Assembly (NCBI GenBank): GCA_973851085.1
Contig: OZ316776.1
Location: 6,448,001 to 6,512,000 of the forward strand
Reading direction: 5' to 3'
DNA length: 64,000 bases
Source of the DNA: Ptychomitrium polyphyllum
Taxonomy: Eukaryota
Of the stretch, positions 23,776 to 36,860 are shown one piece after another (the first letter of the stretch is position 1; every line of letters starts with the position of its first letter). The position numbers and the translations under genes were made by a program. The notes beneath the pieces are model-generated. The model ran no database searches. It was not told where the DNA came from and worked only from the letters and a program-made list of their open reading frames with translations.

Positions 23776-26151
23776 CACTCTCCTCCCTTCCCCTACCTGC
23801 ACTGCCCACCGAACCCTAATCTCACAATTCTGCAGCAGGATGCCCTCTCTTCCCAATACAGCCTACCGCAAATATTAGCAAACCTGACTAACCCAACAGC
23901 AATTCAAAACCTTGAGAAGTCACTTACCGGCACAAGTTTCTCTTATGAGTCAATCCTCACGGTCTGATCGGAAAGGTTTTCCAAGCCCTAGAAGCTGGTC
24001 CTGTCTGTGGAAGGAGGGAGAATCACCTCGAAGACTCTACAATAAACGATCTTCACAGTGCACTGTGACTATATACTGCAGTGACCACCTCGCTCTGGAA
24101 AAGCTGCGTGCCAATAGTTCCTTTGCCAGAGTGTGCCCACAGCCTAGTTGCCCAGTGACAGGAGCCTGTGCACTCGGCATTACATAGAGCCTGCTGAAAC
24201 TTCTCTCCCTGCCGGCTGCTGGTCTCCAAGTAAACTCTTCGGAGCCGGTGTTTGTGACCACTCTTGCAAAGTTTTCATGTGAATGCCATCTGCTGCCATA
24301 TAAATACCACGTGATTCCACGTAGTAGTCTAGGATCTCTAGTGCCAATTGGCACTAGACTAAGTTCCAACTAAACTTTAGGGGCCAACGTCAAGTAAAAA
24401 TGTAGCCTTGAAGCCAAGAAGCAGTGAAGAAGAGGAAGGTCTCGACATGGCTCCAAGAAAGGGAGTTGGCTTTTTGTTCTTGAAAGGCCCAATAATTGGA
24501 GTTGAGGCTAGCCTTATAAGAATATCATGTAAGTCACTCAAATACAAATTACGAAGTTATTCCTTGGCGTGTGGACAGCAATTTGCTTAGGAATCAATTT
24601 TGAAATAAATTAAAACCTTGTTGAACTATGCATGACAAATGGTCAATACTTAAAAATTTATGGACGCCTGCCCTAGCATTGGTTCTAGAAACTTGTGAAG
24701 CAGCGTTGTGGAAGCAAACTGTACGACTCTCTTCATAAATCCACTATTTGAATGCAATTCAGCAAACTGGGGCTGAAATGAAACGGCACTGTGATTCAGC
24801 AGAAGTTTTAGGCTGACCGAGAGAATTGTCAAAGTGGGGCAGGCCAGAGGGAAAATTGACGCTTGATGAAGGAGTTGAAACTGACACTTGGCCTCCCAAA
24901 ATGCTCTGGTGCTCCACCCTCCCCACAGGAAAAAAACAGTATGATATCACACTCCTCCTCCTCCAGCAATCCAACAAAACAAGGCACCACCCTGCACACT
25001 CCAATCCATCTCATTGTTCACAGAGTGGAGTCCCACCCCAGATGTGTCCCCTCCTCACACCTTGGCACCATGACTGCCAATTCCAGGCTTGCATCGTTGT
25101 GGATATGCTGAAATTATTGCCGCTGCTGAGTGTGGCACAGAGGCAGTCTCCAGGAGCAATTCAAAGCAGTTGTGGTCAATTCAATGAGCGGGGGCATGCG
25201 TCAGCCCCAATTCTTTGCTTCGAAGTTTCTCCTGCTGTTTCCAGGAGCTTGACAGGGTGGGGCCTTTCCAAAACTCCAACCTTGCCTGAGGACTAGAGCT
25301 TCCAGAAAGGATTCAGGAAGGATTTCTTTAGTTAGTAGGCTGCGAGATTTTGAAAGTGGTCGCTTTTGTTCTGTTCCATAATGTGGGTTTCGATCTTGTG
25401 GGTTAACTTACTCCTGAATTCAACTTTCTCTAGATGATATCAAGCAATTGAGCTTTTGGCTCCCCCATTCTCTGTTGACTCAATGGGAGTTGAGTTCATT
25501 AGAGTCATCCTTGCAAATCATTTGGTACTTTCTTCTAGGGATCCGATCAACTGAATGAGTACAGTACCGTATGCTTTTGAGTCAATAATTTGTTCAAGAT
25601 TACCTGGTAGTGTAGCTTTCAGTTGCTCCCGCTTTGCAACCCAGTTTCTACTCCAGCTGTAGAATATTTCCGGCTCAAACTCTCCAATCGGCCTTGCATG
25701 CTGCTTTCCAGGTCTTTTGGTTTGTCCACCCACCTGAACATGCCAACTTCCCTCCTAGACAGATTCTTTTGTCATCTTGGATTCCACTCTGGAAGGTGGT
25801 GCTTCAATCTCCCTTTCATTGTCTCATTGTTAGAGCAGGACGGGAGCGTGACCATGTTTCCCCTCAGATTCCTTCTTGCTCCACTTTTGCTCATTACCTC
25901 TGTGGATTTCTTGTCCATGGTGCAGTTCGAATCTTCTTCGGACGTTTGCATGGGTCTTTGCTTGCTCAAAATGTCACTCTCTCTTTGGATGTCACGCTTT
26001 TAGCACCTCTAGATTCAATCTAGTTGGACTTACAGTTGTGTAGATTGAGTGAACAAATTATTTGAGTTCCGGGCTCTAGTGCTTGCATTATTCCAAAAAC
26101 AGAAAGGGTTTTAGAGCCCGGTTGTGACTTCTTCCACAATTGCAGAATTCA

Positions 26152-29100
26152 ATGGCGAAGAATCATTGTTTTCTCTGGGTTTTGCTCTTGCCGATGATTT
26201 TCATGTCATGGCAACACTCTGGAAGTCTGGGTGTCAGTGGCATGAATTTGCGTGCCAAAGAGGACACGAACTCTTCGTCTCATGTGTTGGTGGCATTAAA
26301 TTATCCTAGCATTCGAATTGGTCCATATACCTGGCGTTACTTCCGAGGTAACTGGTTCTAGTTCTGGAGCTTGACATTCAAATCCAAGCTTGATATTCCC
26401 CTCTTTGATCTCACTCCCTTTTTTCTCTGGACACCACCTTTTGCTTGAAAACATAGGCATATTAGACGTTGTAGAGACCTCAGTTGCTAATTTACAATCA
26501 TGTAAGAGGAAGGGTTGAGTCAAGACCAATTGACGCAAAGTTTTAGTTATTTATATTGTTTGCAGTTGAGGTGCCTCAGGCGTTTGCAGAGCTGTCCATC
26601 TTATTGACAAGGAAATGGACAGGGGTATGCATAAACGACACTGCAACTTTGATCTTACATTTTAAATTTTATCTTTAAGAACTCTTCAAATCCTAACAAA
26701 CTTGTAAATGGTACTAAGGAATTGTGATGAGGTGATGAAAGGGTTCAACATGTTTAAGTCCAGGTGCTAACAAGTTAGTGCATTGGCTGAACCAGCTGTA
26801 CTTAGAGTTGTGCTGGATTGTTATATGTTCTAAGAAGGTTTTGTTTCCTGGTCCAAACAGGAGTACATTGGAAACCATGAGGTCAAAGTGCCGATGGTTT
26901 GTTTCCGATTTGGATCACCACCCCTTCCAGACTCTGTATGTGAGTAAGACTCTTTACCTTAATATTCTGAATTTTATGTTCTACTTGTAATTTAGGTTTT
27001 GTATGTAAATTATTTTCCCAATTTTTAGTTTTTTTTTTGGTCAATTTTTCTTTTGGGTGTCAGTATTACTCTCTTTGACTGTAATTTCTTCTTGGTTATG
27101 GTCTGGTTTGCAACTTCTGAGTGTTTTCTTTGATTTTCTCCATGTTTCAGTGGAGTCTACTCAAGCAGCAGCCATGGCTGCAGGAAAGTATGAGAATTTA
27201 TCAGGGACAGGGAAATGCTCATGGTTTCATTCCAACTCTTCCATTACCTTGACCAATATGCAGGTGGGTGAACCAAATCTCAATGTGCTTGTTATATTTT
27301 CCCAATTACACCGCTTCTTAAATAAGAAAATGTCATGTTTTTTTAATGTAGCAACAATGTATGTCGATATTAGTTATTTTTTTTGGAATTCTAATATGTG
27401 GTATTTATGGGGTTTTTTCATGAAGATTCTTGCAGGGGTTTGGTATGTGGGTGTATTTAGTGATTCTCAACCCTCTCGATTTCAATCTAAAATGGTAGAG
27501 TTCCTATTTTTCTTTATTAAAATTCCATTTTTACTTTGGATGTGTTTAGTACTTTGTTGAACAAATATTTCTCAAAAGAAGTCTGAACACTACTGCTTGA
27601 TTTATGTGTGAATACGTACTTATCTTACACGGTACCATATGGGAGAGTGCACATTACCTAACTTTTCTAATTTTTGGTGCAAATATATGTCAGATTACAC
27701 GTGGCAGCATCTTCACCTTTGGAATCCATTTTAGAGTCTTTGGATGCAAGTCACCAAATCTCAGGGGATGTAATTGCGACACTACCATTAAGCCACTGTG
27801 CTATCAACCATCAACCTCGGGTTTGAATTCTCAAAAGAATAGTAAAGTTATTCTTGAAACCATTCTTACACAACAAAAATTAAATTTTGCAAGTAATTTA
27901 TCAAATTTGAATAGTGAAGTTACTAAAGTTGGTGAAGAAGGTGAAGGAGTTTGGTCATCACTGATGTTCGAGAATGTTGGTCCAAGTGAATGGAAGTTTT
28001 ATGTTTTGGAAGTTGTTGAATTTTCTATGAAATTGGAGGTTCGAGCTTTGTGTAGATATTGTGCTTCAACTTCAAAAGGATTATATGAAACCGTGAACGC
28101 AAGTATTTATGTAAAGTATGGAGTCTTACCAAATGAGAGTGATGAAGCTACTGCTTTAGGTTTAACTCCAGTAACAACCTTGGTGCCTAGACGTGGTCTA
28201 TGGTACATTGGTGTGCATAATTTTAATACAACAGAGCCATTGGATTTTGATTTATATTGGCATGTTGAAAGTTGTTCCTATGGTGTTGCGGGAGACAACT
28301 GTGCATTGGTAATCAATTCAATGGAGGTAAGATTTTCAAAGTTAATTTTAATATGTTATGATGATGATGATTTTACCGTTGAGCATAAGACCTGTTCGTG
28401 AATCCTACTAAACATTGGTGAATTACTTGGTCTTGATGTCAAAAATCATGGCTTAGTGAGCTTTCATAGGCGGCTAAGCAAGGCTTGTTTTTTCCTCCAG
28501 AGAGTGCTGGTTGAGGATGCAAATGAGTCACCCTTCAATTCGTTTTATGGACCGGCAAGAGAAGAAAGTCTCCCTTATTCACCTTGGTTTTTGTTATCAG
28601 AAGTGACCCATGTTGGAAATGATACTTTAGGCAACTGGACTTATTTATTTATTGAAGTTCCTCGAGGTGCTTCAGGAGCAGTTCTTTCTGTACAGCTTCG
28701 CCATGTAGGAGAAGCAACCATGAGCGTCTATGCTAGGTTGGAAGGATTTGCAACTCCTGAATATTGGGATGTCAATGTCATGAATGTGGGAGGAATGGGA
28801 AGAAGATCAAATCACAGTTCATCCTCTAATCTTATTCTGAAGAGGAAGCCATCTGAAGTGAAACTAGAAAAGGACAATAGATTGTCATTTGACCTTGTCT
28901 ATCCTGCAGAAGGAATATGGTGCATTGGGGTTCATTATGTTAAATATTTTGCATCTGCAAATAAAACTACTGGTAGTTTACAAGGTACTCCGCAGCAGGT
29001 TGGAATTGGAACATCAATCTCCTCAAGATTCATTCAACTATGGGCTAACACGTCGAAAACCATTTTGCATTGGTACCAAACTTATGTAGAATGGTTAGAA

Positions 29101-31674
29101 ATATCATGGACGAAACTTGGCAATCGCATTTCTACTCATAGCACCAACATGAACCAAGAAGGGACTTCTGCTTTTTTACAAAATATAACAAGCAAGGATG
29201 GCACCACCTTCAATCAATCGCTGTTTGAGCTTTCTAGTAAGACAAACGACTCAGACATTCAAATGCACATTAGTGTTCATGGTTGCGTGAACAAGTGCTC
29301 TGGGCGAGGACATTGTACCACGAGCTATGAGTCAAGCCGTTTACACTTCTACAGGTTTTTTCAAAGTCATCAGTTCATGTATTTTACATGTTTTGCAATA
29401 GGTTCTGTGTTTTAAGATAGATGATTTTGATTCAGCTCTTGACTTTTAAGTAGGTGTGTTCTTAATATTTTGAAATATTACTCAGTGTCGGTAGTTTGAA
29501 TGTCAATGTGATCGTTTAAATACATGTTTTAATCACATTGGACTTTTTCAGTTACTGTCATTGTGATGCAGCGCACGGAGGCATTGACTGCAGCGTGCCA
29601 CTTATAGTCCCTAGAGGCAAGTTAAAATGTTGATTTGTAAGAAAAAACTAATACAAACTGAAATTTGGTGTAAGTTTACGCTTTATCAAGATGTGTTGTG
29701 AGCAAGACATTAGGGTACACGATGTTTAGATTCCTTGACGATTTTTTTAAAATTTGTGGGGTTGCTGATGTGGGGTTGTTGTGGAAAGCAGAGGAGTCTT
29801 TGCATTTATGGTTTCTGATTGGATCAAACTTTGCTGCTGTTTTGCCCAGTATTTGGGCCTTACAACATCAAGTATGTTCCTTTGCTCTGAAAGTGTAATT
29901 TATATGCCTTGAAGTAAGTGTTATGTATAGGGATTAAAGTGTCTTCATGATTCCTTGTTCTAAAAAGGTTGCTTGAACTGAGTCATTGATCACAAGCACC
30001 TCGTCAACATTCTAGTTCTAGCATTTGATTGCCACTGCTAATCTTCCTTTACACATAATTTTTGTAGGCCTACTCAGAATGGGTGTCATACACTGCAAGT
30101 GGGTTAGCAAGTGGTTTCTACCATTCTTGTGATGCAGGTGGTTGGTGTGCTGTCTCTTATGATACTCTCCAGGTGGGCAAAATATTACTAGAAAGTCCTG
30201 TTTACATTATAAAAGGATTTCCCCTTCTATTGAGTTTTTGTGATGAAGGAGAAGGAGAGTAATTCTTGCCTGTAAAGGACACTGTGAATCAAGAGTTTGT
30301 TGGACGTAGTGCTACTAAATAGGCCATTACGACCTATATAACTTTTGTAATTAATGTATAATATGTAGTTAGTGAAATATCTTTCGTGAGTGCATTGATT
30401 TAGTTGAAAATATTATTACATCTATTTGGCCAAGAATTGATAAGTTGATTTAGATTAAATCTTGTAAGTTGTGAAAATCCTGTTTTCCTTGTCTGGCAAC
30501 ACAGTTCCTGGATTTTTGGCTCGGTTTTTTGGTGATAATCGTAACTTGCGTATACGTTGCATCGCTTAAACAAGAAACCAAGGCTGTGGCACACATTGGA
30601 AGTGCCATCATTACAGCTGCTGTCACGAAAGAAGATGCTACTAGGTACGACTAACGATTCATGCCCTTTCAAAATTTTAATTCAATGGATATTTTGAATG
30701 TGCAAGAAGTTTGATGTTTGGTTTGAGCAAAGAAATCAGTGGTTATTGTCTTACTGCTATTAACACAAAATCTCCAATAACATTTGCAGCGTATGGAATA
30801 TATTGTTCGTCATTCTCATGGGACTGGTAGCCCTGTTGTTGGGCTGGGCCTTGGAATGCTGGAGACTTCACTTGATTACTTCTTGGTTTAGTGCAATTGG
30901 TCCTATTCGACCAGTCATGATGTAAGATCCCTTATTGTTTCACCAGGCATTGTAGCTTATTTCTTTGGAGAAGATAGAAAAGATGCAATATATTGCGGTT
31001 TGACTTATAAGGGTTGAAACTGGCATATCAGGTGACTCACCCTTTGCTCTTGTATGTGTAGACTGAAATCCATCTATCGCCGTGGGGTACAGCTTCTAAG
31101 TCGTCTGAGAGCACGGTTTAGGTGGTTTTACTTAAGTGCTGGACTTGGCATCTTGATCGCAGCAGGATTGAGTTGGGTTCTAGAGACAGCTGAAACATAC
31201 TGGATATGGCATAGGTATTATCATTCGAAATTTTAAAATGCAGTTGTTGCAATATTTACTTTCTGTCGTTGAGCTTTGGCAATTTGATATTAGTTGTTAT
31301 GCCAATGATGTATTTAAATAAAAGTAAATAGTACAAAAAGACAGAAGGTTCTTATGTACATCTTCAACAGAATATAAAGATTTCAGATGGTAATTCTTTG
31401 AGAGAATATTATCAATATTTTGTTCATTCATGAGCTGGAGATTCTAACATGTGGCACGGAATTGTTGTGCAGTCTATGGCATGTGGGCATATACTCATCA
31501 GGATTTTTAATACTTTGCTCAACTTCCAAGGCAACTGGAACACCTGAGGTAGATACAGAGATATGTGGACGTGCAAATCTGCAACAGCGAAGTGATCCGG
31601 AAGCTTCACCTATGTTGAGACGCACTGTTGAGTTGGATGCTTTTGCCACCGATCCTAGGTCTTTAGATGATTAG
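26152..31674 (+). CDS. TMEM8/PGAP6-like (DUF3522, CREST superfamily) EGF-domain multi-pass membrane protein
   Basis: Signal-peptide-like start MAKNHCFLWVLLLPMIFMSW and first exon ending YTWRYFR (26347). Large luminal exons near 27.7-28.3 kb and 28.5-29.35 kb. EGF-like CVNKCSGRGHC...CHCDAAHGGIDCS, then TM region SNFAAVLPS, SGFYHSCD, FLDFWL, YWIWHSLWHVGIY. Stop at 31674. Not all internal exon edges were resolved. Confidence 0.85.
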
Positions 31675-32312
31675 TAAAGAGGGCGTGGATCAAGAGTTGT
31701 TAATCTCCTACAGGAGGAAGATGTTTTCTTTTAATTGTATCCAACTCTAGCAATAACTTGCAGGCTGTAGTTTTGCAGGGAAAATCCAGCTAGGTTTCTA
31801 GCCTGGGTGCAATAGGATGTGTTTTAGTGCAATGAATATACGTTCATTTGATTCAGAGAAAACGAACAATGGCACCAGTGTCTCAGATGTGTACACAAGA
31901 CCTGTTTAGCCACGGTGATCAGTTCTAAGTCAATCTCGAGTTTTCGTTTTTTTTTGTACGTGTTTCTTATCGCCTGCTGCTTTTAAGTTCAGGAACGTCA
32001 AAATTGGTTGAAATCTTTGAGCATTTTATGGAGTCACCGATAATTTTCAACATATACACTGAAGTAGTGTTGTAACAAATAAAGGATGGGTTTGAAAGGC
32101 ATACCTAAGAAACACTGAACCAATCTGATCATAGTAAGTGCACAAGTAACTCGTTACAGGCAACAAAACGTGAGAAAACTCAACTCCTACCTGGAAGTTC
32201 AAAAATGCTCTATAGGGTTGATGATTGAGCTCCCACGTACAGAAAATATTTTGATTGATGAGGTATTACATAATTCCTTGGTAACATCACAACGAAACAT
32301 CCTGATCATAAG

Positions 32313-33562
32313 CTAGGATTCATCGAACGTGAGTATGTCCACTAGATAGCGCGAAATTCCACCAATGCCTCCAAAATCTCTACAAACTTAAATCCATTAC
32401 GTGCCTTATTTGTCACAAGTCTAACGAGCAGCTAACTGCTTGTACTCATCCTCAAACAACTCCACAAGCACGAGATTCTCATGGATCACACAAACATCGC
32501 CTTCGTTTTAACATCCCTGAACTTGGATAAACTTTTCTCCTGGTCTTTTCTGAAATGCTTGATCACCATCTCCCCCGTCCTCACGTTCTCCAAAACATAC
32601 CGCTTCTTGTCAAGCTCCTACCACACAATCAAAGTCTCCACATCCCTCATCTCCAATGCCACCATTGTGTCAACGATCCCTTACATGATCTGGCTAATCT
32701 CATCAAAGTAATTTCCAATCAACTCCATCGTATGGATGAACTTCGATTTTCCTAGAATCTCTCCTGATAGCTCAATAGCCTGGAGGAACCCAGCGTCCCC
32801 ACCTCATACAGCACCTTGGACTGCAAGCGAGTTTCAAACAAGTCAGATTTACTCAATAGACTTTACACGATGAGCTCGCCTGTCACAGAGAGGGTGTAGA
32901 ATTGCGTCGTCAGCTCGGCTGTCTTCTGGATCACGTCGCTGTGATACCTTTCCATTGGCAAGTGCAAAGACTATTTCACTCGATTGTGCTTCTTTGGCAG
33001 CTCGAAAGGTCCTTTGAACTTGTGCAGAACCTCACGGCGACCCGCATCGCGCCGGTTATCCCCATACGACAATACCGAACAACGCTCTAGTAAAGTCCAT
33101 AACAACGAAATCCAGCTTGTTAAAGAAGCCCAGGGGTTTATCCAACGGTTCGACGTGAAACTTGTTGTCAGAGGTAGAGGGAAGCATAGACAGGTCTGAA
33201 GAGCTGGAAGCAGAGCGTGACCTTCGTCACTATGTCGTTCCCATGACAACCGTGCCTGCGAACAAGACGAATCCATTGGGGAGACGATCAGCCTTACGTA
33301 AGTACAGCTTTAAAGTTTGTTGCACAGATGCCATGGCTGCTAGCTCGGATTGCCTGTTTCACCTGCTCTGAACGTTAGAATCTTCCCTGCGTTTAACTTC
33401 AAGTATGTTCATGACTCTAGATAGGTGATTCCCGGCAGGCACGATGAGCGATATCAATGACGGGCAGTAGCCTCGCGCATGCTCCGAGGTTAAGCTTCCG
33501 GATACGGTCCGTAATTTTCCCAACCTCCTTTGTTTTCTTGTCAACCTCCCTTCTGATCCCAT
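32313..33562 (-). pseudogene. ERF1: Eukaryotic release factor 1 pseudogene
   Basis: Colinear eRF1 fragments across several frames: [113 protein letters not shown]. Multiple stops and frameshifts; the GGQ position reads VK-stop. Confidence 0.9.
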
Positions 33563-35630
33563 CTGCGCCTATTATTATGAAACGGCTCTTGTAAGAATCT
33601 CCACCGCTGTTCCACACCTTGATCCTGATGATAATCGATCCACCAATACTTCACAGACGAGAATGCAATGCAGTATGTATCAGAATACTTCCGTAGCAGA
33701 AGATCAGTCAATTGATGAAAAAAGTAGAAAACGAGAACTTAACATCTTGAATCGTTGTGTATGCTTCGTCTGCATATTGTCTAGTTTAGACTTTCACCTT
33801 TACCTTCACTTTTGCATATAATTGTATAGAAGGAATTTCACCCTTGAAGGCTTGACTTGTAAGTCATTTAGAAGTTCTTCAACTTTTTGGCCAAATTCAT
33901 GAATTACATTTCGTTTTATTGGTCCAAAAGAATGGACACAAGTGCTAAGAATTAAGAAAATACACGTTTCAATTCATAAAATCATGTAAAAGTGCAAGAT
34001 TGGTCCTTTTGAATCACTGTAAGACCAACCTAAACCATGCGATTTGCTTCAAGTTTTGTAGAATTGTGCAATATATCAGTATTCTAAATTTTCATAGTTC
34101 ACATCTGCATGAAGCCAAAACCACCATGACAACCTTACCAGTGATCAAAGTAAACTGAAGACAGATGCCGAACATTGCTACTCTTACATGAACAACCAAG
34201 AGCTGACACTACTCCTCAACCCCAGAACCCAATCATGAGATGCGCAAACTAGGGCACAGAACATGATGAACCTCAGAAATTGAGATAAAAATTTGTAACG
34301 GATCTCCACATCAAACAAACTGGAGAAGTATGCATCATATGACCAACCTGTATCAAAAGTATTATTATGCAAAACCAAACTTCCATCTTTAACTCCAAAG
34401 CTCCTTGGGTCCATCTGATAAGGCGATGCCATACAAAAAACTATGCAGTTTGCAATGGCACAGAGACCACAAACAAAGAACAAAAACTTGAATAGAGGGC
34501 TAACAACTAGAAATTGAGGCTAAGCAAAAGACTGATGAGCTTTATGAAAGGTATTTCACCTGCTCAATCAAACCCTTATAGGAGGATACACCAATTCAGG
34601 TATGACCAGCATGGTCAACCCTTCATCAAAAGAGTCCTACCCTGCTACTTTTCCTTACAAACATTAACACCCCATACTAATGAGACTGCTGGCGACCTGC
34701 CCTTGCTTCAACGTAGTCGCTTCCAATCGAACAGTGAAGTAACCCTCTAACCCAACCAGTTCAAATCGCAATCAGTACCTGCAAAGACAAAACGCAACCC
34801 AACATTGAGTCTGGCTAGGTAGAACAGGCACCGAAGTTCGTTCGTGGGACTAAAATTATCTCTAATTTTCTCCAAGCCCACGGGAAACTAAATTCACCCA
34901 ACCCTGTGGATGTGTCACAAAATGCAACGCTAAGCTAGTCTACGGTTCCACTACAATCCCAATACGGTGCCAGTTCATGCTAAACTTTCAACTCACGATG
35001 AGTTCCAGGTTGAGGATATAAACAAGTAAAGGCGGCCATCATACCTTCGATATGATAGCATTTAACGCAGATTTCTGTACAATTTTTGTTAAGCTGAAAC
35101 CGTCAATAATTAGGATTCTAATCCTTACAACAGATACTATTAAAATATGATACGTGCGGACAGACAGAAATTTGAGACCATAAGATTTCTTTGTACAGAA
35201 ACCTAAAACCAAAAGAATCTAAATCGAATTAATCAAAGAATAGTTAGAAACCAAGTAACAGGAGGCCTGGCAAGAGCATTGAAATTGTTTCTACAGTCGA
35301 TTGTAAACCGGATCCCAAGTATCTGCCCTTAGTTAAGAATTTCCAAATGAAAAAACTGAGTGCACTAGTAAAGCAAGGATTCAACACTTGTAGAATTAAA
35401 AAGCTATGATCCCTAAACCAGGAATCCAAAACCTCTAGCCCTAAAATTCCTCGACATCGCGTAGTCCACAAAGGAAATGCCCTGCTTCACAAGTTGTGGA
35501 AGGATTTTTGACAACCTTCGTGCTCGACCACCGAACCAAGATTTTCAACGGCAGCAGGAATTTCAGAGAATGCGGTATCTAGAGAAGTGGGTATCCGGGG
35601 ATCGTACCTCTAGGCAAACACCGCAACAAC

Positions 35631-35888
35631 CTACTGTGTGGCAGGGATAGCCTGCGCCTTCCCTTGCCGCATCTCCTGCATCTTCTTCATGCGTTGCAGG
35701 AAGAGCTCGTACTCACACTTCTCGTACCCGTGCCTCTCATCCACGCACCTCCACGGCAGGTAAAAATTCTCTACGCGGCACTTGTTCAACGGGATGAGCA
35801 GCTTGGAGCACAAGTCGCGGGAACCCAGTGACAGGCGCGCATCCACCATCTCCGCCTGCGTCGCCAAGTACTTCCCCGTCGTCGCCAT
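35631..35888 (-). CDS. NDUFB7: NADH:ubiquinone oxidoreductase B18 subunit
   Basis: MATTGKYLATQAEMVDARLSLGSRDLCSKLLIPLNKCRVENFYLPWRCVDERHGYEKCEYELFLQRM has the twin CX9C pattern and the RDxC...LLIPLNKCR motif. Confidence 0.93.
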   Translation of the reverse strand: MATTGKYLATQAEMVDARLSLGSRDLCSKLLIPLNKCRVENFYLPWRCVDERHGYEKCEYELFLQRMKKMQEMRQGKAQAIPATQ

Positions 35889-36860
35889 CGTTGGGCGCGT
35901 CCTGGCCTTCCGCACCACCCCTTCGCTTGTTCAGCTCCTCAACAAGCGAACTGCTCGGTTATGGCGTCCCCGGGTCTCCTCTTTCGCAATAAGGAAACGC
36001 TCGGCACCATTCTCCACGGGTCGATATGATACCCTTCGATACCCTCACAACACTCGCACGATACCTACAAGATACCCTCACGACACCCGTGAAGAAGCTC
36101 CGGCGTCAACGACGAAGGCCTGCAACCGTGGATTGAGAGAAGGCAAGAAGGGGAGCAAAGCAGAGCAGATTATGAATCGTTCTTTGTCGATTCACATCTG
36201 GGTATGTGCTTCTCAACTGAGGAATCCCATCTCCAGAAAACTTGAAGAAATCGCCGCGTGACATAGCTTGCACATCTTGCGTTTGCACGAGTTTGTATAT
36301 GTTGAAAGTGCCACTAGCGTAAGAATTGATGAACTTAGCCTTTGGAGGTGGCGTGAATTGGCTCCGGGGACTGGAATTGACGGCTCTGTTTTGAGGATAC
36401 GTTCTAGGGGGAGGTAGTCGTTTTGCTGGCTCGGAAACTTTCGGGTTTAAGTTGGGTTGTGCTGAAAGCAGTTTGGTGGTTTCGTTTCTTGTTCTTCCTT
36501 TTGTTTTCTGAAGGCGCTCACCACTTTTGCATGAGCTTTGTGTTGAATCCATTTGTTGTTGAGTTGATGGAAAGCTTATTTGCAGCAGACTGCAGGTTTA
36601 GTAGAATATAGGTCTGATGTTTGCAGCGAATTTATTCTAGGTTAGAGGGATGGCTGGCCATCAGACGGTTTCGTTTCAGTTTGCAGGGTCATTGTGTGGT
36701 TGGAGGATTTGGATTGGGATTAGGATTATAGTACAATTAAAGTAGAGGAGAATACTAGACCGGAGAGGAGAGGATCGTCGGCGTGTATTTATTTTGACGG
36801 CCGCTTGGGGTTTTGGTTTTTCAGGAAGGCGCTGAAAGTGGTGGGCTCGTAAAGGGATAA

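Noticed and set aside
24000..26100. ORFs of 110-156 aa between the LYR and TMEM8-like genes
   Set aside because: No recognisable domains or coherent exon chain; more likely promoter, 5' UTR and intron sequence.
2263..33562. A stop-codon readthrough system linking the eRF1 copy with the premature stops in the thioesterase and PTEN genes
   Set aside because: The eRF1 copy is broken by many stops and frameshifts, neighbouring genes end normally at TAG, TGA and TAA, and physical proximity has no mechanistic meaning for translation. Independent decay is simpler.
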